From Bacilli bacterium (GTDB lineage: Bacteria > Bacillota_I > Bacilli_A > RFN20 > CAG-826): a stretch of 64,000 nt of DNA. The stretch lies in contig JAZLKX010000040.1 in assembly GCA_045597865.1 (NCBI GenBank), positions 1 through 64,000 of the forward strand, in the 5' to 3' direction. The notes below the pieces were generated by a model. The model was given only the letters and a program-made list of their open reading frames with translations, was not told the DNA's origin and did not search any database. Both the position numbers and the translations under genes were made by a program. Below, piece after piece: positions 36,454 to 47,413 of this stretch (positions are counted from its first letter, which is position 1; the number at the start of each line of letters is the position of its first letter).

Positions 36454-37737
36454 TTATTTCTTGATAGGTTTAATGTATTCAAGTCCGCCCATCCATGGTC
36501 TTAAGACTTCTGGAATCTTGACGCTTCCATCAGCTTGTTGCATTTGTTCAACTAATGCTGGGAAGACACGTGAAGTTGCAAGTCCTGAACCATTTAATGT
36601 ATGAGCATACTTGGTTTTACCAGTTGCTTTGTCACGGTATCTAATCATTCCACGTCTTGCTTGGTAATCATGAGCAGTTGAGACAGAGCTAACTTCTTTA
36701 TAAATACCAATTGATGGGATATAGATTTCTATATCGTATGTTCTTGCCATAGAAGCAGAAATGTCTTCTGCTGCTAATTTAGAAACACGGAATGTAAGAC
36801 CAAGTTTTTCAAGTAATGAAATTGCTTTTCTAACAAGTTCTTCGAATGCTGGTTGATCGCCTTCTTCTGTAGTATATTGGAACATTTCAATTTTATTAAA
36901 TTGATAACCACGAATCATACCACGTTCTTCTGTACGATATGTGCCTGCTTCTCTACGATAGCATGGTGTGTAAGCAAAATATTTCTTTGGAAGTTCATCT
37001 TCTGCGAGAATTTCGTCTCTATGCATATTAACAAGAGCTGTCTCTGCAGTTGGAAGAATGAATTTCTTTGGTTCTGAATTGCTTAACCAGAATACATCTT
37101 CTTTAAATTTTGGGAATTGTCCGGCGACGTATCCACTTTCTTCATTCAACATGTGAGGTGGAAGAATCATTGTGTATCCATCTTTTAGATGTTCGCTAAT
37201 GAAGAAATTAAGAAGAGCCCATTCAAGTTGTGCACCAAGTCCAGTGTAAACCCAACAACCATGACCTGACATTTTTGCGCCTCTTTCATAGTCGATAAGA
37301 CCTAAAGATTCACAAAGATCAACATGATTTTTGGCTTCGAAATCAAATTTAATTGGTTTTCCATATTCGTGGATAACCTTATTATTTTCTTTTCCGCCTG
37401 CTACTAAATCGTCATCTGGAAGGTTTGGAAGTGGCATAAGGAAGTTTTTAATTTCTTCTTCAACTTTGCCAAGTTCAACTTCATCAGCTGCAGACTTTGC
37501 AGAAATTTCTTTAACTTTTGCAAAGATTGCATTGATGTCGCCGCCTTCTTTTTTAACTTGAGGAACAGATGCAGAAAGTTTATTTCTTTCAGCTTTTGCT
37601 TGTTCAACAGAGATGAGCAATTCTTTCCTTTTATCTTGCAATTTAATTAATGGATCAAAATCGACGATACAACCTTTTTTAGCAAGCTTTGCAGCAATGC
37701 CTTTTGGATCATCAAGAATTAATTTTACATCGATCAT
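36454..37737 (-). CDS. serS: Serine--tRNA ligase
   Basis: LPTAET, CYRREAG, QFNKIE, DYQARR, HTLNGSGLA. Confidence 0.97.
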   Translation of the reverse strand: MIDVKLILDDPKGIAAKLAKKGCIVDFDPLIKLQDKRKELLISVEQAKAERNKLSASVPQVKKEGGDINAIFAKVKEISAKSAADEVELGKVEEEIKNFLMPLPNLPDDDLVAGGKENNKVIHEYGKPIKFDFEAKNHVDLCESLGLIDYERGAKMSGHGCWVYTGLGAQLEWALLNFFISEHLKDGYTMILPPHMLNEESGYVAGQFPKFKEDVFWLSNSEPKKFILPTAETALVNMHRDEILAEDELPKKYFAYTPCYRREAGTYRTEERGMIRGYQFNKIEMFQYTTEEGDQPAFEELVRKAISLLEKLGLTFRVSKLAAEDISASMARTYDIEIYIPSIGIYKEVSSVSTAHDYQARRGMIRYRDKATGKTKYAHTLNGSGLATSRVFPALVEQMQQADGSVKIPEVLRPWMGGLEYIKPIKK

Positions 37738-37828
37738 AATTAAATCCTTCTTTCTTATTTTGAGGGGGTCTTGATTTTCTCAAAAACCCCCTGTTTTCTC
37801 GAGAAATCCCTATGAATTCCCGTATATT

Positions 37829-40390
37829 TTATTCATTTTCAGCTGGAGCTTCTACTGCTTCAACTGGGGCTTCTTCAGCACCTTCTTCTGCGTCTTCATG
37901 TGGGACGACAGTGATGGAAGAAACACGTTGTTTTTCATCTTCTAATCTGATGACTTTGACACCTTGAGTAACACGGTGTGCAATCTTAACTTGTTCAAGC
38001 GGAATTCTGATAATGACACCAGTGTTGGTAACCATCATTAAGTCTTCATCACCTGCAACAGCTCTCATTGCAACGAGCTTACCGTTCTTGACTGTGCAGT
38101 TAAGAGCAGTAACACCTTTTGCACCACGTTTGGTTTCACGGTATTCGTCAACTTCTGACATCTTACCGAAACCATGAGATGTGATAACAAGGATGTAATT
38201 TCCTTCAAGTGAGGTTGTCATACCGACTGTGACTGCACCATCATCGAGTTCGATACCCTTAACGCCTGATGCTGTACGGCCAAGTGGACGTGCTTGATCT
38301 TCTTGGAATCTAACAAGTTTACCCTTGCTGGATGCAAGACAGATTTTTGCATTACCATCTGTTTGTTTAACATCAAGTAATGCATCACCTTCACGAAGTG
38401 AAATAGCAATCTTACCATTCTTACGAACTGATTCATATTCTTTAACTGGAGTACGTTTTACTAATCCGTCCTTTGTTGCGAAGAATAAGAAGTGTCCTTC
38501 AGAGTAATCCTCAATTGGGATGATAGACATAATCTTTTCACCCTTTTCAAGGTTGAGTAAGTTTTGAATTGGAATGCCTTTGGAGACTCTTGAGCCTTCT
38601 GGGATCATGTAGCCACGGAGACGATAAACTCTTCCTAAATTAGAGAAGAACATAACGTCAATGTGTGTTCTTGTGTGTAACATGATTGAGACTTCGTCTT
38701 CATCATTTAAGGCTGTGCCACGGACACCACGACCACCACGGTTTTGAGCACGGAATGTATCAGCATCCATTCTCTTAACATAGTTATTCTTGGATAATGT
38801 GACAACGATTTGTTTTTGAGGAATGAGTGCTTCATCTTCGATGGTTGCGGCTTCATCTGAAATATCGGTCTTACGTTCATCTGTATATTTCTCTTTAATT
38901 TCGAGTAATTCTTCAACGACAACGTCGGTGACATTTGCTTTTGATTCGAGAATATGATGGTATTTTGCGATATTTGCTTCAAGTTGAGCACGTTCTTCTT
39001 CGAGCTTGCCTTCTTCAAGACCAGTAAGTCTGCGGAGAGTCATAGCAAGAATTGCGGCTGTTTGTTCTTCGGAGAAACCGAATTTTTCCATTAATGCTTT
39101 TGTCGCATCTTCTGGAGTTGCTGATTTCTTGATTGTTTCAACGATTGCGTCAATATCGCCAATAGCTTTAAGTAAGCCACAAACGATGTGATCACGAGCT
39201 TCGTCTTTTGCAAGCAAGAACTTAGTTCTTCTTTCAACAACTTCGACTTGGAAGTCTAAGTATTTCTTTAAAATTTCAGTGATAGGTAAGATTTTTGGTG
39301 CACCATCAACTAAGCAGAGCATGATAATACCCATTGAAGTTTGAAGTTGAGTCATCTTATAAAGTTGATTCAAAATAACTTCAGGAATTGCGTCATGTCT
39401 AACATCGATAACGATACGAACATTACCTTTTGAAGATTCATCACGAATATCAGTAATTCCGTCGACAACCTTGTCTCTGACAAGATGTGCGATAGATTCA
39501 ATCATGTTAGCTTTGTTAACTTGATATGGAATTTCGTGAACAATAATTTGTTTTTTGCCGGTCTTTTCGTTCTCTTTAATTTCAGCTTTTGAACGAATTG
39601 TGATAGATCCGGTACCAGTTTCAAAATAATCTTTGATTCCAGTTCTTCCTAAAATGGTAGCTCCTGTTGAGAAGTCAGGACCAAAGAGGTAATCTTGCAT
39701 AATCTCAAGTGGAGTAATTTCAGGATTTCTTGCAACAGCAACAACGGCGTCAATTGTTTCGCCTAAGTTGTGTGTTGGAATATATGTTGCCATACCAACA
39801 GCGATACCATTACTACCATTGACAAGTAAGTTAGGGAATCTAGCTGGTAAGACTGATGGTTCAACTTCTGTACCATCGTAGTTGTCAACCATATCAACTG
39901 TGTTACAGTTGAGGTCGCGAACCATTTCGGTTGCGAGCTTTGTCATTCTTGCTTCGGTGTAACGCATAGCAGCTGGTTCATCGCCGTCGACAGAACCAAA
40001 GTTACCGTGACCATCAACAAGTGTATAACGCATTGCGAATGGTTGAGCAAGTCTGACTAATGTTGAATAGATTGCTGAGTCGCCGTGTGGGTGATATTTA
40101 CCCATAACATCACCAACGATACGGGCTGATTTCTTATAAGGAGTTCCAGGAACCATTCCTGTAACGTGCATACCATAAATGACTCTACGGTGAACTGGTT
40201 TACAACCATCACGAACATCTGGAATAGCACGAGCAACAATAACTGACATTGCGTAATCAAGGAAGGAATTTCTAACTTCTTGAGCTAAATCTGTATCTTC
40301 AAGACCAGCTGCGACACCGGCTTCAATTGCAGGAGCTTCTTCATTAGCTTCTTCTTCGACTACTTCATTTTCTTTTAATTCGTCTGCCAT
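37829..40390 (-). CDS. gyrA: DNA gyrase subunit A
   Basis: YAMSVIVARAIPDVRDG, YHPHGDS, AAMRYTE, GyrA-box QNRGGRG. Confidence 0.97.
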   Translation of the reverse strand: MADELKENEVVEEEANEEAPAIEAGVAAGLEDTDLAQEVRNSFLDYAMSVIVARAIPDVRDGCKPVHRRVIYGMHVTGMVPGTPYKKSARIVGDVMGKYHPHGDSAIYSTLVRLAQPFAMRYTLVDGHGNFGSVDGDEPAAMRYTEARMTKLATEMVRDLNCNTVDMVDNYDGTEVEPSVLPARFPNLLVNGSNGIAVGMATYIPTHNLGETIDAVVAVARNPEITPLEIMQDYLFGPDFSTGATILGRTGIKDYFETGTGSITIRSKAEIKENEKTGKKQIIVHEIPYQVNKANMIESIAHLVRDKVVDGITDIRDESSKGNVRIVIDVRHDAIPEVILNQLYKMTQLQTSMGIIMLCLVDGAPKILPITEILKKYLDFQVEVVERRTKFLLAKDEARDHIVCGLLKAIGDIDAIVETIKKSATPEDATKALMEKFGFSEEQTAAILAMTLRRLTGLEEGKLEEERAQLEANIAKYHHILESKANVTDVVVEELLEIKEKYTDERKTDISDEAATIEDEALIPQKQIVVTLSKNNYVKRMDADTFRAQNRGGRGVRGTALNDEDEVSIMLHTRTHIDVMFFSNLGRVYRLRGYMIPEGSRVSKGIPIQNLLNLEKGEKIMSIIPIEDYSEGHFLFFATKDGLVKRTPVKEYESVRKNGKIAISLREGDALLDVKQTDGNAKICLASSKGKLVRFQEDQARPLGRTASGVKGIELDDGAVTVGMTTSLEGNYILVITSHGFGKMSEVDEYRETKRGAKGVTALNCTVKNGKLVAMRAVAGDEDLMMVTNTGVIIRIPLEQVKIAHRVTQGVKVIRLEDEKQRVSSITVVPHEDAEEGAEEAPVEAVEAPAENE

Positions 40391-40408
40391 AATTTTACTC
40401 TCCTTTCA

Positions 40409-42412
40409 TTAGATGTCTAAGTTCTTAACGAACTTAGCATATTTGTGAATGAACTCTTTTCTTGGTAAGACTTCATCACCCATTAAGTCTGTAAAGACTT
40501 GATCGGCTTCGATAGCATCACTCATAGTGACACGGAGCATTTTACGATGTGCTGGGTCCATTGTTGTTTCCCAAAGTTGTTCTGCGTCCATTTCACCAAG
40601 ACCTTTATAACGTTGGAATGGGTATCCAGGTTTTAAAGCGAGTTGTTTTTTGATGTTTTCAAGTTGATCATCGTTGTAAGCATAATATGACTTACCATGG
40701 TAATCGACTTTGTATAGAGGTGGTTGTGCAATGTAAACATAACCAGCTTCAATTAATTCCTTCATGAATCTGAAGAAGAATGTTAATAAGAGGATTCTAA
40801 TGTGGCTTCCGTCAACATCAGCATCGGTCATAATAACGATTTTGTGATAACGAGCTTTTTCGATATGGAATTCTGGGTCAATACCAGCACCGATAGCGAC
40901 AATCATGTTACCAATTTCAGCGTTTTCGAAGGCTTTTTCTTGAGTTGCCTTTTCAACGTTTAAGATTTTTCCACGAAGTGGAAGAATTGCTTGTGTCTCA
41001 CGGTCACGTCCGTTTTTGGCTGAGCCACCAGCGGAGTTACCTTCGACGATGTAAAGTTCGCACTTTTCTGGTTCTTTGCTGGAGCAGTCAGCTAATTTTC
41101 CAGGAAGAGTTGTGACTTCAAGACCAGTTTTGCGACGGACTGATTCTTGTGCAGCACGTGCAGCCATACGGGCTTTTGCTGCCATTGTAAGTTTTGCAAC
41201 AATTTGTTCGGCAACTTTTGGATTTTCCATAAGGAATCTTTCAAGTTGTTCGCCGACGATTTGTGAAACAATCTTACGAACTTCGGAGTTACCAAGTTTT
41301 GTCTTGGTTTGTCCTTCGTATTGTGGGTTTGGGTGTTTAACTGAGATAATTGCGGTTAAACCTTCCAAAATATCGGATGTTTCAAGGTCTGATTGATCAT
41401 CCTTGAGTAATTTTGCTTTTCTTGCGTAATCATTCATTACACGACGCATTGCAAGTCTGAAACCTTCTTCGTGGGTTCCGCCTTCATGTGTGTGAATGTT
41501 GTTACAGAATGAGAAGATTGTTGGGTTATAGCTCTCGTTATATTGCATAGCAACTTCACAATAGATATGACCTTTTTCTTCGTCGCCAACCATGTATTTT
41601 CCTCTACCTTCGCAATAGATAATTTCTTGCATGATTGGTTGTTTATTAAAGTTAATTGATTGGACGTATTCCTTAATACCACCTTCGTAGCAGTAAGTTT
41701 CTTCTTTAGCTGGAGCAACACGTGCATCTCTTACAACAATTCTGACACCTTTGTTAAGGTAAGCCATTTGTTTTAAGTGATCACAGATTACATCGTAATC
41801 ATAGACTGTTGTTTCAGTAAAAATTGTGTCATCTGGTTTAAATGTAACAGTTGTTCCTGTTTGTTCAGCTGGGCAGTCACCAATTACTTTTAAGTGATCA
41901 AGTGGTTTACCACCACGACCAAACTTCATGTAATGGACTTTTCCATTTTTGTGAACGGTACATTCTAACCATTCAGACAAAGCGTTAACGACTGATGCGC
42001 CAACACCATGTAAACCGCCGGATACTTTGTATCCACCAGTTTCACCGAACTTACCACCGGCGTGTAAGATTGTAAAGACAGTCTCGACACCGGATAATCC
42101 GGATTTAGCAACGATGTCGACTGGAACACCACGGCCGTTATCTTCGACTGTGATGGTGTCGCCAGGGTTGATTGTGACTACGATTTTGTCACAGAATCCT
42201 GCTAGGGCCTCATCGATAGAGTTATCGACAATTTCCCAGACTAGGTGGTGAAGACCTGCTGCTGCAGTAGTACCAATGTACATACCTGGACGTTTGCGAA
42301 CCGCCTCTAGGCCTTCGAGAACTTGAAGATCCTTAGCAGAATAGTCTGCATCTGGACGATCTTCGTTGGATGCGTCTACATTTAATTCGACTTGTTCATC
42401 TTGTTCTACCAT
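40409..42412 (-). CDS. gyrB: DNA gyrase subunit B
   Basis: [48 protein letters not shown]. Confidence 0.97.
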   Translation of the reverse strand: MVEQDEQVELNVDASNEDRPDADYSAKDLQVLEGLEAVRKRPGMYIGTTAAAGLHHLVWEIVDNSIDEALAGFCDKIVVTINPGDTITVEDNGRGVPVDIVAKSGLSGVETVFTILHAGGKFGETGGYKVSGGLHGVGASVVNALSEWLECTVHKNGKVHYMKFGRGGKPLDHLKVIGDCPAEQTGTTVTFKPDDTIFTETTVYDYDVICDHLKQMAYLNKGVRIVVRDARVAPAKEETYCYEGGIKEYVQSINFNKQPIMQEIIYCEGRGKYMVGDEEKGHIYCEVAMQYNESYNPTIFSFCNNIHTHEGGTHEEGFRLAMRRVMNDYARKAKLLKDDQSDLETSDILEGLTAIISVKHPNPQYEGQTKTKLGNSEVRKIVSQIVGEQLERFLMENPKVAEQIVAKLTMAAKARMAARAAQESVRRKTGLEVTTLPGKLADCSSKEPEKCELYIVEGNSAGGSAKNGRDRETQAILPLRGKILNVEKATQEKAFENAEIGNMIVAIGAGIDPEFHIEKARYHKIVIMTDADVDGSHIRILLLTFFFRFMKELIEAGYVYIAQPPLYKVDYHGKSYYAYNDDQLENIKKQLALKPGYPFQRYKGLGEMDAEQLWETTMDPAHRKMLRVTMSDAIEADQVFTDLMGDEVLPRKEFIHKYAKFVKNLDI

Positions 42413-43485
42413 TTAGCATTCCTCCTTGTAATGTTATGCTGTTTCACTTCATATATTGAAGCGTTTTTAACTGTTGTGTTTGTTGAGGTTATGAACACTT
42501 GTCCTAACCCCTTTACAAATGTAACTAATCTTTCTTTATGCTCTGAATCGAGTTCTGACATCACATCGTCGAGCACAATGATTGGTTTTAGGTCTTTATC
42601 CTCAATGAGGAAGAAAGGCGCTATTTTAAGGGCTATAACAGCGATTCTGTTCTCGCCCTGAGATCCTTGAAGGGAAATATCTTTTCCGTTCAGAATCATC
42701 TTCATGTCTTCGCGATGAATTCCGATTTGCGTCATCTTGTGTTTGATGTCGCTTTCTTCATTACGCTCGTATGCGCGTGCGCAGGAGACTTTAAACTTGT
42801 CATCCAATTTAATGAACGGCAAGTATTCAAGTTTTGCAGTCTCCATTTCACCTTTAAGTTGAGTGATAATCTTGCTCAAGATTTGGTTTATTTCAGAAAT
42901 ATAAGCCTGTCTATATTTGCAGATTGTCTCCTCAACTTCGATTAATTGGTCAGTGACAACTTTAAGTTGTACATGGTCAATATTATCTTCTTTAAGGATT
43001 GAGTTTCTTTCTCGAAGTAGTTTCTCAAAAATCATCAAATTCTCTAAATAGACTGGTGACTTTTTGGAGAGGTTAACATCGAGGAAATTGCGTCTCACCA
43101 AAGGTGAATCACTAAACATAAGCGTATCTTTCGGTTGAAAGACTAATACATTTATAAGTTTAGAAAGATCGGAAATTTTCTTAACTGGTTTGTCGTTGCA
43201 GGTGAACTTTTTGCTAGAAGAGGTCAATAGAGCAACGATATCTTTTTTTATGGTATCTTGCTCGATACTAGCCTCTATCGTGGCAAATTGGCGCCTATTC
43301 TTTATTAATTCAGCGCTTTCTAGTGTTCGGAACGACCTGGCCAAGGACAGAAAGTGAATTGCTTCAACAATATTTGTCTTGCCGGCTGCGTTATCACCGA
43401 TAATGATATTGAGCTTTGGGTCAAACTCTACATCGACATAATCGTAGTTTCGGAAATTCCTGAGGGTAAGCTTTTTAACAATCAT
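42406..43485 (-). CDS. recF: DNA replication/repair protein RecF
   Basis: [25 protein letters not shown]. Confidence 0.95.
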   Translation of the reverse strand: MIVKKLTLRNFRNYDYVDVEFDPKLNIIIGDNAAGKTNIVEAIHFLSLARSFRTLESAELIKNRRQFATIEASIEQDTIKKDIVALLTSSSKKFTCNDKPVKKISDLSKLINVLVFQPKDTLMFSDSPLVRRNFLDVNLSKKSPVYLENLMIFEKLLRERNSILKEDNIDHVQLKVVTDQLIEVEETICKYRQAYISEINQILSKIITQLKGEMETAKLEYLPFIKLDDKFKVSCARAYERNEESDIKHKMTQIGIHREDMKMILNGKDISLQGSQGENRIAVIALKIAPFFLIEDKDLKPIIVLDDVMSELDSEHKERLVTFVKGLGQVFITSTNTTVKNASIYEVKQHNITRRNAKW

Positions 43486-43703
43486 CTTTTGATCTCGAAT
43501 CTTTGACCTAACACTTCAACAATTTCGCCACCTCTAAGTTTTCTTCCTCTTCTGTTGTCTGGCACTGAATCGATTCTAACTTCATTCTGTGCTAAGAAAC
43601 TTTTTGCTTCTCCACCGTTTCCGATGATGTCTGCAAATTTGAGGAACTGACCTAAAGTAATGTACTCAGTTGTGATAGTAATTTCGGTTGTTTTTTTAAT
43701 CAT
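43482..43703 (-). CDS. yaaA: S4-domain RNA-binding protein YaaA
   Basis: EYITLGQFLK, GGEAK, RRGRKL; between dnaN and recF. Confidence 0.93.
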   Translation of the reverse strand: MIKKTTEITITTEYITLGQFLKFADIIGNGGEAKSFLAQNEVRIDSVPDNRRGRKLRGGEIVEVLGQRFEIKR

Positions 43704-43813
43704 AAAAAAGGTTAAATTTTATCCTCGAGATACATTTTATCATATATAAAATAAAAAGGGAATAATAAATTCCCTTATTTTGTAATATGTTTATAATGTC
43801 GATTTTTCGGCAA

Positions 43814-44932
43814 TTATGAACGCAATGGAGTGAGTAACATTTCGATGGAAGCATCTTTGTTATTTTTAACAACAAACGGCTTCATTTCACCGACAAATGC
43901 AATGGTGACATCCTCACATTTGCAAGCACGAATTGCGTCTGCAACAAACGAGGCACGGAATGAGATCTCTAAATGTTCTCCAGAGAATTGGAAAACTGAT
44001 AATTTTTCATTAGCGGATCCAACAAGTGATGATCTTGAGATCATTTCTACTTCATCTTCATCCATAATGAGCTTAACAACACCTTCGTATTCTGCACTTA
44101 AAAGTGAGACACGTTCCATGGCTTTTAAGAACTCTTGTGAATTGACTTCCAAGAAGTAATTAAATTTGGTTGGAATGATGTTTTTTGTATTTGGATATTC
44201 ACCATTAGTTAAACGTGTTGAAATAACGGAATTTCCAAAGGCAAAAATTGCTTTTTTATCGCTAATAGCGATAGTAACTTTTTCTCCACCTTCAAAACTT
44301 CTAACAATATCGACGAGTTTTTTAGCTGGAATATTTGCAACAAATTTGACATCTGAATCAATCTCGATTGTTTTACGAGCAAGTCTAGCAGTGTCGGTTG
44401 CTGTTGCAGTGAGCAAATTGTCATGTGCTTCAAGACTGACTGCTGTCAAAATAGGGCGTGTTTCCTTATTAGAGGCTGCAAAGGCGGTCGAATCAACTAA
44501 TGCTTGTATATCTTTAGCATCAACTTCTAATGATGCCCCAGAAACGCTTAAATCAACTTGGATATATTCGTCTGCGCGAATTGAATTTAATTTGAAATTT
44601 GATTTTGAATCTTCAATTTTAAGAATTGAGCTATCAACAAGTTCAAATGTGACAGTTTCTTCTTCAAGGTGTCTAATAACCTCAATTAAGATTTTTGCTG
44701 CAACTAAAGTTTCACCTGGTTGACTGTTTCTAATAATTTCTTTATCACCAATCATGAATGGAACAATAGTCATAATTGTCATGTTGTTATCAGATCCTGT
44801 AATTTCAAGACCTTTTTCAGTTAATGCTAACTTAAAATTAGCTAATATAGGAAGTTCAGCTTTTTGTGGAATTGCCTTACTTACAAGGCTAAGTCCTTTC
44901 ATTAATGCTTCTTTATCAATTGTAAATCTCAT
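43814..44932 (-). CDS. dnaN: DNA polymerase III beta sliding clamp
   Basis: PIL, ETRPILT, ATDTARLA, GEYP; follows dnaA. Confidence 0.96.
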   Translation of the reverse strand: MRFTIDKEALMKGLSLVSKAIPQKAELPILANFKLALTEKGLEITGSDNNMTIMTIVPFMIGDKEIIRNSQPGETLVAAKILIEVIRHLEEETVTFELVDSSILKIEDSKSNFKLNSIRADEYIQVDLSVSGASLEVDAKDIQALVDSTAFAASNKETRPILTAVSLEAHDNLLTATATDTARLARKTIEIDSDVKFVANIPAKKLVDIVRSFEGGEKVTIAISDKKAIFAFGNSVISTRLTNGEYPNTKNIIPTKFNYFLEVNSQEFLKAMERVSLLSAEYEGVVKLIMDEDEVEMISRSSLVGSANEKLSVFQFSGEHLEISFRASFVADAIRACKCEDVTIAFVGEMKPFVVKNNKDASIEMLLTPLRS

Positions 44933-45069
44933 AATTATTTATTTCTCCTTTAGTATATTAGTTATATTAATAAGGCGTGTGGATAGTGTGGATAACTATG
45001 TATTTTTGCATGTACTTACATGTATTATAGCACGCATTTTGCCTCGCGCACGCACATATTTATATAAGA
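44933..45069. other. oriC unwinding region (dnaA-dnaN intergenic)
   Basis: Minus strand reads TTATCCACA (44995-44987), CTATCCACA (44986-44978), CGCC, then trio-like TTA TTA ATA TAA CTA ATA. Confidence 0.85.
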
Positions 45070-46428
45070 TTATGCTTTTAATTGGTTTTTAATCTCGTTT
45101 ATGGCCTGTTGTAGATTGGTGTTAGTTTTCAACTCTTTTTCCACTTTTTCTACCCCAGACATAACAGTTGAGTGATCCTTTCCGCCAAACGTTTGACCAA
45201 TTTTTGTGTATGGTGTGTCTAGCATAATTCTAATTAAGTACATTGAGATGTGTCTTGCTAAGGCGACTGTGCCTTGTCTAGAAGGACCTGTAATTTGTGA
45301 TGGTGTTAAGTTGTACTTGTCTGCAACAACTGAAATGATCTTTTGTTCATTGAGTTTTTGCTTAGAATCCTTAACATCAATCAAAGATTGAAGGGCTTCA
45401 AGTGCTACATCCATATCGATGTATCTTGTAGGTCTGAAACTTGTAACGTACCAGACCAATTTATTAAGAGCTTGGTCAATATCGCGGATGTTCTTAGAGA
45501 ACTTACCAGCGATAAATTCAAGGACTTTTTGATCGAATGAATTAATGTCTAATGGACTGTTTTCGATTTTGGATTTTAAGATGGAAACACATGTAACAAC
45601 ATCCGGTTGATTGATATTGACTGTTAATCCAGCTGAGAATCTTGATTTTAATCTTTCTTCGAAAGATTTTAATTCAGATGGATGTCTATCAGATGTAATG
45701 ACAATTTGTTTTCCGTGTTGGTGTAAAATGTTGAATACATCAAAGAAGAAGTTGCAAGTTAAATCTTTGTTTGCCATCATTTGAATGTCATCAATCATAA
45801 AAACATCAAAATTGGTAACAAAATCTTTTAATGCGTTAACATTTTGTTTTTCACCAGTTACGTGATTAACATATTCTTGAATAAAATCAGTCGAATCAAT
45901 ATAAAGAACTCTTTTTCCTGGCGCATTTGCTTTTATATGATTTGCGATTGCGTGAAGTAAGTGAGTTTTTCCTAAACCTGGATTCGAATAGATAAATAAA
46001 GGGTTAAAACCCTTTCCTGGATAAGTAGCAATATATAAAGCAGCTTGTTTTGCTTCTAAATTGCTTGGTCCAGTAACGAATGAATCAAAGGTAAAGGATG
46101 GATTGACGATAGAATTCTTGAAATATGTAGGTTTTTGTTCAACAGGGGCGGCAACATTTTTTAAATTCTCTTTTATATCAAATTTTGCTTTGCAAGGATT
46201 ACCTAAAATCTTCTTTGCAGCATTTTGAATTTGATCAACATACTTGGAACTTAAAATTTTAACCGCTAAGTTAGAATTGACTGCAACGGTCATGACACCG
46301 TCTTCAATTGAGTGAATGTGTGATTCATCAAGAAAAACATCAAAAAACATGGTGTCTTCAATGGTTGCGTGTAATTCTTCTAATACTCTACTCCAGATGT
46401 TTTGGAGCTCAGAAACACTTTCATTCAT
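45070..46428 (-). CDS. dnaA: Chromosomal replication initiator DnaA
   Basis: FTFDSFVTGPSN, NPLFIYSNPGLGKTHLL, IDDIQ, RLKSRF, GGKDHSTV. Confidence 0.98.
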   Translation of the reverse strand: MNESVSELQNIWSRVLEELHATIEDTMFFDVFLDESHIHSIEDGVMTVAVNSNLAVKILSSKYVDQIQNAAKKILGNPCKAKFDIKENLKNVAAPVEQKPTYFKNSIVNPSFTFDSFVTGPSNLEAKQAALYIATYPGKGFNPLFIYSNPGLGKTHLLHAIANHIKANAPGKRVLYIDSTDFIQEYVNHVTGEKQNVNALKDFVTNFDVFMIDDIQMMANKDLTCNFFFDVFNILHQHGKQIVITSDRHPSELKSFEERLKSRFSAGLTVNINQPDVVTCVSILKSKIENSPLDINSFDQKVLEFIAGKFSKNIRDIDQALNKLVWYVTSFRPTRYIDMDVALEALQSLIDVKDSKQKLNEQKIISVVADKYNLTPSQITGPSRQGTVALARHISMYLIRIMLDTPYTKIGQTFGGKDHSTVMSGVEKVEKELKTNTNLQQAINEIKNQLKA

Positions 46429-46499
46429 ATTTTCTACCTTCCGATTAAGACAAAAGTATAATTATTTATTTATAAATAGCAAGCACTATTTTTAAAAAC

Positions 46500-46805
46500 T
46501 TATTTTTTCCACAAAAATCAACGAAAATTTATTAAGATTTAATCGATATTATTTGACTTTTCCACATATTTTATTAATTTTTCTATTCCCACTGTGAACA
46601 AATGTGGAAAACTAGCTGTTTACTTATCAACACAAAAATTACTTTCCACATACGTTTTGTTACTAAAAAGTTAGATTTTATCGGATTAATTTTCTATTCC
46701 CACTCGAGTTTTCAACATATTTTTTACATATTGTGAATTATGTTGCTAATTGTTGATTATTCCCGGTTTTTATGCAAAAAATCAAGTCAATTTTGTGGAC
46801 AAGTA
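46500..46805. promoter_or_regulatory. DnaA-box cluster upstream of dnaA (second part of oriC)
   Basis: About 10 near-consensus boxes, e.g. TTTTCCACA 46505 and 46558, TGTGAACAA 46593, TGTGGAAAA 46603, TTATCAACA 46624, CTTTCCACA 46642, TTTTCAACA 46709, TGTGGACAA 46794. Confidence 0.85.
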
Positions 46806-46879
46806 AACCGCTTACATTTTGTTTTTGTTGTTTAGAGGATTGTGTGTGCTCGCTACGCACCTGCATGTTGTAAAAATCT

Positions 46880-46908
46880 TTGACTAACTTGCTATGCGTG
46901 TGTATAAT
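46880..46908 (+). promoter_or_regulatory. Sigma-A promoter of rpmH
   Basis: TTGACT-17nt-TATAAT. Confidence 0.8.
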
Positions 46909-46945
46909 ACTCCTCGCGTGCTAAAAGCACAGGGGAGATACACAT

Positions 46946-47080
46946 ATGAAAAGAACATATCAACCAAGCAAGAAACACAGACGCAATGTCCATGGTTTCC
47001 GTCAAAGAATGAAAACAGCAGGTGGTAGAAAAGTTTTAGCTGCCCGCAGACAAAAAGGAAGAGCAAAATTAACTGCTTAA
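46946..47080 (+). CDS. rpmH: 50S ribosomal protein L34
   Basis: Below the ORF-track cutoff; [44 protein letters not shown]; GGGGAG RBS. Confidence 0.98.
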   Translation: MKRTYQPSKKHRRNVHGFRQRMKTAGGRKVLAARRQKGRAKLTA

Positions 47081-47086
47081 TTTTCC

Positions 47087-47404
47087 ATGCTTGTTAAAAA
47101 CCGCATCAAAAAACATCAAGAATTCCAAGAAGTGATTGCGAAGGGTGAACTTGTTAGATCAAAATTCTTCACATTTTATATTTTGGAAAACAAACTTGGG
47201 TACACTCGTATTGGAATCTCTGTTCCAAAGAAGAGCGGGACCGCGGTTATTAGAAACAAGATTAAGCGCCAAATACGCGCTATGTGTGCTCATAATACTG
47301 ATTATTCTAAATCAATAGATTTAGTAATGATTATTAAAAAGGCATACAATACTGAAAATTTTGCTGAAATCGAGCAAGATATTCAGGAAATTTTTAAGAA
47401 GTAG
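47087..47404 (+). CDS. rnpA: Ribonuclease P protein component
   Basis: RIGISVPKK, AVIRNKIKRQIR (RNR motif). Confidence 0.95.
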   Translation: MLVKNRIKKHQEFQEVIAKGELVRSKFFTFYILENKLGYTRIGISVPKKSGTAVIRNKIKRQIRAMCAHNTDYSKSIDLVMIIKKAYNTENFAEIEQDIQEIFKK

Positions 47405-47413
47405 GACAAACTC

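Noticed and set aside
37738-37828. Possible T-box leader for serS
   Set aside because: Only ~90 nt, with no T-box consensus or specifier stem.
46429-46945. Long intergenic region as a possible CRISPR array or ncRNA
   Set aside because: Explained by DnaA boxes and promoters; no regularly spaced repeat-spacer units.
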